From a virus (lineage: Duplodnaviria > Heunggongvirae > Uroviricota > Caudoviricetes): a DNA stretch of 4,788 nucleotides. Location of the stretch: the IMG/VR virus record IMGVR_UViG_2693429642_000015, positions 1 through 4,788 of that record, one strand, 5' to 3'. Of the stretch, positions 1-4,765 are shown in pieces. The number at the start of each line of letters is the position of its first letter. Position 1 is the first letter of the stretch. The notes under the pieces are model-generated. The model saw only the letters and a program-made list of their open reading frames with translations. It was not told where the DNA came from and did not search any database. The position numbers and the translations under genes were made by a program.

Positions 1-128
1 ACCTTCTGACATTCACGGTCAACCAGGCTAACACGTAGAACATGCCCTGCAGGCGTGGTGTACCACTGACCCGGACGAGGACAACGGAAAGTATGATTGG
101 TAAACCGTTTGAAAATATTCCGGATCAT
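1..128 (-). CDS. Partial CDS (5' end only, continues past window start); hypothetical early-operon protein
   Basis: ATG at 128..126 on the minus strand overlaps the TGA stop (127..125) of the upstream Rha-family gene (plus-strand 125-128 = tcat, i.e. ATGA). The frame then stays open for 42 codons to the window edge (MIRNIFKRFTNHTFRCPRPGQWYTTPAGHVLRVSLVDRECQK...). Too short to appear in the supplied ORF track. Product not recognisable from this fragment. Confidence 0.35.
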   Translation of the reverse strand, partial: MIRNIFKRFTNHTFRCPRPGQWYTTPAGHVLRVSLVDRECQK

Positions 129-985
129 TTGCGCCCCCTTACCTCTGAAGGGTTCAGCGACAAATTTATGAGACTGGCCAGTAGCGCCGCGTCGTTGATG
201 CGGTCATACAGACTTACAGCCAGCGGGGATTCGGCTTTTGCCAACATGGGATAAAGCTGCTGCAGCCAGACCTTGTGGATTACCGACAGGTGGGAGTAAA
301 GCACGCTGGCGTTATCTGCGGCATCGCTCAGCGTGGATGGCTTTGAAAGCAGTTTTTCCATCTGGTTAAAGGCATTTATGTATGCCTCTTTGAACCGGGC
401 AGCACGTTTACCAGTGAAGCCCATGGCAAGAAACGCAAAACCGTCGCGGGTGATTTGGTAACAAGGGAGTTTGCGGCCTGATGCGTCGGTGTATTCACTT
501 AACACAAAATTGTGTTCAGTAAATTCAGCGGAACATTCGAGGTTTCTAATTCTATCTAAAACCCGCTCATGCCGTTTAGTAAAGTAATTAGCTACTGCAA
601 GAGATGTGGTGACAACGCGACCATTGATAATCGTGATTTCAGGGTGAGATTGGGTTGGGAGAGTAGTCATGGTGACAGCCCCTATGTTGAATTCAATGAA
701 CTCACCACCAAGGCTTTCCACGACCATATAGGTGGTGAGACGTACAGGGGTGGAAATACCGGTCAACATAGAACCCGGCCCAACCGAAGTTGGCCCTGCA
801 CGCCCCACCATAATTTGGGCGTAACGATGCTCATGACACGAAAAAACCGCATGAGCGCGGTTGTGCTCTATATTGAATTTCGGGTTTCCACGCCCGGCCC
901 CCGCTTTATAAGGTGCCTGAGCAGTGTAACGTCCCGGAATTGCAGAATCAATATGCAAACGGTTATTTGCCGTTAAACTATTCAT
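125..985 (-). CDS. Rha-family phage regulatory protein (Rha-like domain at residues ~106-190); 286 aa as drawn, alternative start at 670 would give 181 aa
   Basis: The 286-aa ORF is in the supplied track. The segment MTTLPTQSHPEITIINGRVVTTSLAVANYFTKRHERVLDRIRNL... matches, from memory, the characteristic N-terminus of Rha-family proteins (Pfam Phage_pRha-like). The ATG at 985..983 overlaps the TGA stop of the upstream CII-like gene (plus-strand 982-985 = tcat). The internal Met at 670..668 is preceded by a G-rich SD-like stretch (AGGGG, about 8 nt upstream) and begins exactly where Rha proteins normally begin. The upstream 105 codons (Gly/Pro/Arg/His-rich) are unrecognisable. Confidence 0.7.
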   Translation of the reverse strand: MNSLTANNRLHIDSAIPGRYTAQAPYKAGAGRGNPKFNIEHNRAHAVFSCHEHRYAQIMVGRAGPTSVGPGSMLTGISTPVRLTTYMVVESLGGEFIEFNIGAVTMTTLPTQSHPEITIINGRVVTTSLAVANYFTKRHERVLDRIRNLECSAEFTEHNFVLSEYTDASGRKLPCYQITRDGFAFLAMGFTGKRAARFKEAYINAFNQMEKLLSKPSTLSDAADNASVLYSHLSVIHKVWLQQLYPMLAKAESPLAVSLYDRINDAALLASLINLSLNPSEVRGRK

Positions 986-1551
986 GCGTTAGTTTCTCCA
1001 CAACCAGAAGCAATCGACGCCACGACGCCCGGAGCTGCACACTCGCGGGCGTTACTCTTTTCTGGAGCGCAGAAGATTTTGTAGACCAGTGCTGCATGCT
1101 CCTGGAGCTTCGAAATTGAAAGATACAGTTCGTCGTTAATTGCTGTTTTCTCATGCGGTTCCACTACCCCATCTTCGATTGCCGAACGAATCTGCTTTGA
1201 GTAACTCCCGATCTGTTCGATGACTTCCAGCAGACGCTGGTTAATATCGGCGTTGTCCACATCCTCGACGTCAGGAAGAGACACAAAGACGCCATTTGCA
1301 GACTGCGCCACAGCGTCAGCAATGAAGTGAGTTCCACCAGCACGTTGTAAAATCATTGCCCATCCCAGCGGGAAAATCTGATCGCCATCGGCACGAAGGC
1401 GATTGAATAAAGCGTTCTCTGTTACATCCAGCCACTCAGCAGCTTCAGCGTAACCCCCCGGCAACGCCGCGATAGTTTTTCTGACAGCTTTCACGTACCA
1501 CTCAGGCTGTTTTTCTACTTTCCAGTGATGCTTACCCACGGTTAGCCTCAT
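982..1551 (-). CDS. CII-like early regulatory protein (phage 186 CII / CP76-type or YdaT-position protein)
   Basis: 189-aa ORF in the supplied track, immediately downstream of the Cro-like gene on the same strand, which is the cII position. The segment ENALFNRLRADGDQIFPLGWAMIL resembles, from memory, the HTH region of phage 186 CII-type regulators (…LRNKLNPDQPH…). The ATG at 1551 has a weak SD; an in-frame GTG four codons downstream has a GAGG SD at 6 nt spacing, so the exact start is uncertain. Being a real CDS is more certain than the family assignment. Confidence 0.6.
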   Translation of the reverse strand: MRLTVGKHHWKVEKQPEWYVKAVRKTIAALPGGYAEAAEWLDVTENALFNRLRADGDQIFPLGWAMILQRAGGTHFIADAVAQSANGVFVSLPDVEDVDNADINQRLLEVIEQIGSYSKQIRSAIEDGVVEPHEKTAINDELYLSISKLQEHAALVYKIFCAPEKSNARECAAPGVVASIASGCGETNA

Positions 1552-1582
1552 CGTTCTGTGGTTAAAAATTGAAGGTGTTCTG

Positions 1583-1783
1583 TTAATCTTTCGGATAGAT
1601 ATCCGGTCTTAAGTCAGATTTCGTAATTGCACCTGACGTGCATTGCTCAAGTTTTTTAGCCAGCACAAAACTGGCTTTTTTATAACCATTGAAAACCAGC
1701 CGTAAGTAGCCTGGTGTTGAGCCAACTTTTCCGGCCAACTCGCCCTGCTGTTCTTTGGTTAAAGAGTCCCAATACGCTTTCAT
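1583..1783 (-). CDS. Cro-like small HTH regulator (YdaS-like), 66 aa
   Basis: Minus-strand ORF; the track gives a start at 1807, but the second Met at 1783 (MKAYWDSLTKEQQGELAGKVGSTPGYLRLVFNGYKKASFVLAKKLEQCTSGAITKSDLRPDIYPKD) is preceded by a strong SD (GGAGG, minus strand 1798..1794, about 10 nt upstream). Small size, HTH-like middle segment and C-terminal LRPDI motif recall Rac YdaS / Cro-like proteins. It is divergent from the CI-type repressor gene, the classic cro position. Confidence 0.7.
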   Translation of the reverse strand: MKAYWDSLTKEQQGELAGKVGSTPGYLRLVFNGYKKASFVLAKKLEQCTSGAITKSDLRPDIYPKD

Positions 1784-1788
1784 ACAAT

Positions 1789-1807
1789 ATGTACCTCCAA
1801 TATACAT
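1789..1807. promoter_or_regulatory. Candidate operator OR-a (ATGTACC-TCCAA-TATACAT), overlapping the Cro-like gene SD/start region
   Basis: 7-5-7 imperfect inverted repeat whose half-sites (ATGTACC / ATGTATA) match those of the perfect palindrome at 1839-1857 and the PL-associated sites at 2593-2631. A weak minus-strand promoter candidate (TTTAAG 1833..1828, 16-nt spacer, TAGTAT 1811..1806) would place this site at the PR-like -10/TSS. Confidence 0.45.
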
Positions 1808-1838
1808 ACTACATGATTGAGATGAACCTTAAAGATAC

Positions 1839-1857
1839 TTGTACCCTATCGGTACAA
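1839..1857. promoter_or_regulatory. Candidate operator OR-b: perfect palindrome TTGTACC-CTATC-GGTACAA
   Basis: Perfect 7-bp inverted repeat with a 5-bp spacer, read directly from the sequence, located in the divergent repressor/cro intergenic region. Same half-site family as the sites at 1789-1807 and 2593-2631. Confidence 0.6.
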
Positions 1858-1873
1858 AGGTTTTAATTTCGTT
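1839..1873 (+). promoter_or_regulatory. Candidate PRM-like promoter for the repressor gene, giving a leaderless mRNA
   Basis: TTGTAC (1839-1844), 17-bp spacer, TTTAAT (1862-1867; 5/6 to TATAAT); the predicted start falls on or next to the A of the repressor ATG at 1874. There is no convincing SD upstream of that ATG (AAAGG is 12 nt away), consistent with leaderless translation as for lambda cI from PRM. Weak -35 match, so tentative. Confidence 0.3.
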
Positions 1874-2548
1874 ATGAAAACAGTCCATGACATCCGGCGG
1901 TCTAACGCCAGAAAACTGAGAGATGGTGTTGGCGGGAATTCTTCCTTTGCCACCATGATTGATCGCGAGCCAACCCAGACCAGCAGGTTTATGGGAGATG
2001 GTGCTACTAAAAATATCGGTGACAGCATGGCACGGCACATCGAAAAATGTTTCGACCTGCCTGTCGGATGGCTTGATCAAGAACACCAGACAACAAACAT
2101 CACAAAAAAACCTGATGTTTCAATTACTAACAAACAAATAACGTTAGTCCCTGTCATATCATGGGTACAGGCCGGAGCATGGAAAGAAGTTGGCTATTCT
2201 GAGGTTGATTTGAGCACAGCAGAAACTTATCCCTGCCCTGTACCCTGTGGCGAAATGACTTATATCTTGCGGGTGATTGGTGATTCAATGATTGATGAGT
2301 ACCGCCCGGGAGACATGATTTTTGTAGATCCTGAAGTCCCTGCCTGCCACGGTGACGACGTTATTGCATTGATGCACGATACAGGCGAAACCACCTTTAA
2401 GCGGTTGATAGAAGATGGAACACAGCGTTACCTCAAAGCATTAAACCCAAACTGGCCTGAACCTTACATTAAGATCAACGGTAATTGCTCTATAATTGGC
2501 ACAGTAATTTTCTCAGGAAAACCAAGAAGATACAAAATAAAGGCCTAA
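1874..2548 (+). CDS. cI: CI-type prophage repressor: N-terminal DNA-binding (HTH-like) domain plus C-terminal S24 (LexA/CI-like) autopeptidase domain
   Basis: 224-aa ORF in the track. The C-terminal region VIGDSMIDEYRPGDMIFVDPEVPACHGDDVIALMHDTGETTFKRLIEDGTQRYLKALNPNWP...GTVIFSG aligns by eye with the lambda CI / LexA catalytic domain (GDSM serine nucleophile, TFKRL lysine). The linker motif VQAGAW (Ala100-Gly101, nt 2171-2176) matches the lambda CI Ala-Gly autocleavage context VQAGMF. Divergent from the Cro-like gene and followed by an intrinsic terminator. Confidence 0.85.
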   Translation: MKTVHDIRRSNARKLRDGVGGNSSFATMIDREPTQTSRFMGDGATKNIGDSMARHIEKCFDLPVGWLDQEHQTTNITKKPDVSITNKQITLVPVISWVQAGAWKEVGYSEVDLSTAETYPCPVPCGEMTYILRVIGDSMIDEYRPGDMIFVDPEVPACHGDDVIALMHDTGETTFKRLIEDGTQRYLKALNPNWPEPYIKINGNCSIIGTVIFSGKPRRYKIKA

Positions 2549-2559
2549 TCAATATTTAT

Positions 2560-2582
2560 AACCTGCTTCGGCAGGTTTTTTT
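2560..2582 (+). terminator. Rho-independent terminator of the repressor gene
   Basis: Stem AACCTGC (2560-2566) / GCAGGTT (2571-2577) with a TTCG tetraloop, running into a T-tract (2576-2582), 12 nt after the repressor stop codon (2546-2548). Confidence 0.7.
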
Positions 2583-2586
2583 ATAC

Positions 2587-2614
2587 TTGACAATGTACCC
2601 TTGAGATACATAAT
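2587..2614 (+). promoter_or_regulatory. PL-like sigma70 promoter (early-left promoter)
   Basis: TTGACA (2587-2592, perfect -35), 16-bp spacer, CATAAT (2609-2614; 5/6 to TATAAT). Predicted TSS about 2621. Interdigitated with operator-like repeats, the arrangement expected for a repressor-controlled early promoter. Confidence 0.6.
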
Positions 2615-2631
2615 GTATCTAAAAGAAACAT
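2593..2631. promoter_or_regulatory. Tandem candidate operators OL-a (ATGTACC-CTTGA-GATACAT, 2593-2611) and OL-b (ATGTATC-TAAAA-GAAACAT, 2613-2631)
   Basis: Two adjacent 7-5-7 inverted repeats with the same half-site family as the OR sites. The junction forms a perfect palindrome GATACAT-A-ATGTATC (2605-2619) spanning the -10 hexamer. OL-a lies in the promoter spacer and OL-b covers the -10/TSS. Confidence 0.5.
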
Positions 2632-3097
2632 GTCACAGGCAAGATTAAACAAAATTTGGTTGTAACACGGCGTATGGCACATGCGTCGTTAGCGGTCTGG
2701 GGACGTTAAAGGGGACAATCCACTCCTTGCTCGGGCAAACAAACCAGGTAGCCGGAATGTGCAAGTCAATGAGGATGCTGATAAGACGCCTAACCAGCGT
2801 GGCGGTTCGGTTTGACACCTGGGAAGAGACCAGGGTGCAACGATGAGGGCATTTATGGAACCGCGACAAAGTGTGGTGCCGTAACTGGCTAAGTGCTCTC
2901 AGCGTTGTGGTGAATGCGCAGGCTGATGCACGAAAGACATTGCAGCTATTGCGGAAAAGAGCTGTTCGGCGGGGCAATTAAACGCCCGTGAGAGTCTGAA
3001 ATAACCGCAAGCCGGAGATCAGCATCGGTCACCACAGCAGCCACTGCTTTGGCGGTACCAGTTTGTACACTTGCTTCCGGCTGGTACCGCTCTTTTT
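2621..3097 (+). ncRNA. Candidate untranslated early-left transcript or long structured leader (about 480 nt, no credible ORF) between the PL-like promoter and a strong terminator
   Basis: From the predicted TSS to the terminator, stops occur in all three plus frames; the longest ATG-initiated plus-strand ORF is 29 aa, and others are 11-25 aa without good SDs. The only track ORF here (minus 2645..2977) has a TTG start, no Met and a low-complexity Arg-rich translation. GC is about 54% by hand count versus about 40% in the adjacent rdgC-like gene. Several local hairpins are visible (e.g. 2817-2823/2831-2838, 2970-2988). Transcript status is inferred, not demonstrated. Confidence 0.3.
3051..3097 (+). 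terminator. Strong rho-independent terminator (tL1-like) upstream of the rdgC-like gene
   Basis: Perfect 10-bp stem GCGGTACCAG (3052-3061) / CTGGTACCGC (3081-3090) enclosing a 19-nt loop, followed directly by TCTTTTT (3091-3097). Confidence 0.65.
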
Positions 3098-3220
3098 ACA
3101 AAACAGAGAAGAGCATCACCGGACGACGGGCTCATAACCCAATCCACCCGGGCGGCTGCCACCGCAGGTGTTCTTCTCTGTTTTGTGGAGAAACTAATAT
3201 CTTGTGCAGAGGAAAATAGA

Positions 3221-4138
3221 ATGAAATTACCAAAATTTCGTAACGCAATTGTGTACCGAGCAACATTACCTAGTATACAGGCTATTGAAGGTCATCTTCT
3301 CGAACTCCCTTATTCTGAAATCGGGGAAACAGAACTTTCACGGTCCTCTTTTGTAGAGAATCCTGTCACTGGTGAACTGGTAACTCCGATATCTGGTGGG
3401 TACGCAATGGTAATCCGTCATGATCAGAAAATAATTCCCCGACATGTCGTCATGAAAGAAGCTAATTCTCGAATCCAAACAATCGAAAATATGTCCGGGA
3501 ATAAATTAAAGCGTGCCGAACGACTGACCATTATTGATAACGTACGAGTAGATCTATGCAAACAGGCATTTGTTAAGTCTACGCTGATTCTTGCATTGTA
3601 CAGCACTGATGAGAAATTATTGGTAATCAACACAACCAATAAAATAATAGCCGGTATGGTATGCGCAATGCTGATTAAGGTTGTCGGTTCAGTGAAAACA
3701 GAAACAATCAACATCAGTGATATCAAGAATGGACTGACTACACGCCTGAATAACTACATCAATGGTGCAGCCAATGCATTTGAAGGATTCACTGTCGGAA
3801 ATTATATTCAGCTATCACGCTACGCAGATCAAAAGGAAATTATTCGCTACTCAGCTGAGCATGAGTCAATTCAAAGCGAACTGGCCGATAGCCTTAGTAG
3901 TAGTTTCACTGCTGATAAAATGGAGTTATCCGGTTGCGGTGTGACCTTCATTCTTACCGAAAATTTCCATTTTTCGCGCATCAATACTCAATCTCAGACA
4001 TTTAATGATGAAGATGATAAAGCATTCCAGTGGCGTCATCAGACTGGCGCTGACCTTTTCCAATTCAGCAAGGTAGTTAATTTGATGTGTGACCTTCTTT
4101 CTTACAAAGAAGATAAAAGCCAAAATCCAACAACTTAA
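3221..4138 (+). CDS. RdgC-family recombination-associated protein (phage-encoded), 305 aa
   Basis: ATG at 3221 preceded by SD GAGGA (3209-3213, 7-nt spacing). The N-terminus MKLPKFRNAIVYRATLP... parallels E. coli RdgC (MLWFKNLMVYRL..., from memory), with further collinear similarity through the first ~170 residues. The track's TTG start at 3071 lies inside the terminator and is rejected. AT-rich coding sequence typical of phage genes. It may correspond to the CPS-53 yfdQ position, but I cannot confirm that. Confidence 0.75.
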   Translation: MKLPKFRNAIVYRATLPSIQAIEGHLLELPYSEIGETELSRSSFVENPVTGELVTPISGGYAMVIRHDQKIIPRHVVMKEANSRIQTIENMSGNKLKRAERLTIIDNVRVDLCKQAFVKSTLILALYSTDEKLLVINTTNKIIAGMVCAMLIKVVGSVKTETINISDIKNGLTTRLNNYINGAANAFEGFTVGNYIQLSRYADQKEIIRYSAEHESIQSELADSLSSSFTADKMELSGCGVTFILTENFHFSRINTQSQTFNDEDDKAFQWRHQTGADLFQFSKVVNLMCDLLSYKEDKSQNPTT

Positions 4139-4143
4139 AAAAA

Positions 4144-4185
4144 TTGCAGCAATCATCCCATGTCAAATGGGCTGGATTGCTGCAA
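4144..4185. repeat. Long interrupted inverted repeat / hairpin in the rdgC-like to yfdR-like intergenic region
   Basis: Perfect 11-bp arms TTGCAGCAATC (4144-4154) / GATTGCTGCAA (4175-4185), plus an inner 5-bp stem CCCAT (4157-4161) / ATGGG (4167-4171) with loop GTCAA. An A7 run (4137-4143) lies immediately 5' on the plus strand, so on the minus strand the hairpin is followed by T7, a terminator-like configuration for minus-strand transcription. Confidence 0.5.
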
Positions 4186-4228
4186 TCAAAATTCAGAGCG
4201 GTGCAGCGCATATAACGTGGAGAACAAA

Positions 4229-4765
4229 ATGTCATTTATTAAAACTTTTTCCGGGAAGCATTTTTATTATGACAAGATAAATAAAGACGACATCGTGATT
4301 AACGATATCGCGGTTTCCCTTTCAAATATCTGCCGCTTTGCCGGTCATCTTTCTCATTTCTACAGCGTCGCCCAACATGCGGTGCTTTGCAGCCAGCTGG
4401 TACCGCAGGAATTTGCTTTTGAAGCATTAATGCATGATGCAACAGAAGCGTATTGCCAGGACATCCCCGCGCCACTGAAACGCCTTCTTCCTGACTATAA
4501 ACGGATGGAAGAAAAAATAGACGCCGTAATCCGTGAGAAATACGGGTTACCTCCTGTTATGAGCACGCCAGTGAAATATGCCGATCTCATTATGCTGGCA
4601 ACCGAACGTCGCGATCTCGGGCTTGATGATGGCTCTTTCTGGCCAGTACTGGAAGGTATCCCGGCAACAGAAATGTTCAAAGTTATTCCACTGGCTCCGA
4701 GCCATGCCTACGGGATGTTTATGGAGCGCTTTAACGAGTTATCGGAGTTACGCACATGCGCATGA
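4229..4765 (+). CDS. yfdR: HD-domain 5'-deoxynucleotidase-like protein (YfdR-like), 178 aa
   Basis: ATG at 4229 with SD GGAG (4219-4222, 6-nt spacing). The track's upstream ATG at 4160 lacks an SD and lies inside the hairpin. The translation carries the HD motif (HLSHFYSVAQH...MHDATEAY). Length and sequence match my recollection of E. coli K-12 CPS-53 YfdR, but this should be verified by search. Confidence 0.75.
   Translation: MSFIKTFSGKHFYYDKINKDDIVINDIAVSLSNICRFAGHLSHFYSVAQHAVLCSQLVPQEFAFEALMHDATEAYCQDIPAPLKRLLPDYKRMEEKIDAVIREKYGLPPVMSTPVKYADLIMLATERRDLGLDDGSFWPVLEGIPATEMFKVIPLAPSHAYGMFMERFNELSELRTCA

Noticed and set aside
42-1119. Plus-strand ORFs 42..254, 569..976 and 913..1119
   Set aside because: They lie opposite the Rha-family and CII-like genes, lack SDs, and have low-complexity Arg/Cys/Thr-rich translations; shadow ORFs of a GC-rich coding region.
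1784-1807. First ATG (1807) as the start of the Cro-like gene
   Set aside because: No SD upstream of 1807; the strong GGAGG SD lies downstream of it and serves the ATG at 1783.
1829-2141. ORFs overlapping the repressor gene (minus 1829..2086, minus 1846..2040, plus 1959..2141)
   Set aside because: Shadow frames of the well-supported repressor gene; no independent start signals or recognisable products.
2645-2977. Minus-strand 110-aa ORF spanning the ORF-free region
   Set aside because: It starts with TTG and has no Met anywhere, its translation is Arg/Thr/Leu-rich and low-complexity, there is no SD, and it is antisense to the PL-like transcript. It looks like a GC-rich open frame rather than a gene.
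3051-3090. GGTACC / TTGTACA motifs in the terminator as extra repressor-binding sites
   Set aside because: The half-site spacing (4 nt) differs from the 7-5-7 operators, and the GTAC content is explained by the terminator stem itself; likely coincidental.
2621-3097. Retron msr/msd, tmRNA, RNase P RNA or group I/II intron identity for the ORF-free region
   Set aside because: No adjacent reverse transcriptase, and no resemblance to the tmRNA or RNase P sequences I can recall; no intron-like organisation visible. Cannot be excluded without an Rfam/Infernal search.
3071-3220. TTG-initiated 5' extension of the rdgC-like ORF
   Set aside because: The TTG lies inside the terminator hairpin loop and the extension is Ala/Arg/Thr-rich. 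The ATG at 3221 has a proper SD (GAGGA) and matches the RdgC N-terminus.
4160-4228. Upstream ATG start for the yfdR-like ORF (201-aa version)
   Set aside because: No SD, the ATG lies inside the intergenic hairpin, and the extra 23 residues (Cys/Asn-rich) are atypical. The ATG at 4229 has a good SD and gives the expected 178 aa.
3424-4680. ORFs embedded in the rdgC-like and yfdR-like genes (minus 3424..3726, plus 3762..3944, minus 3926..4156, plus 4089..4280, minus 4495..4680)
   Set aside because: Alternative-frame or antisense shadow ORFs within well-supported genes, with hydrophobic or low-complexity translations and no SDs.
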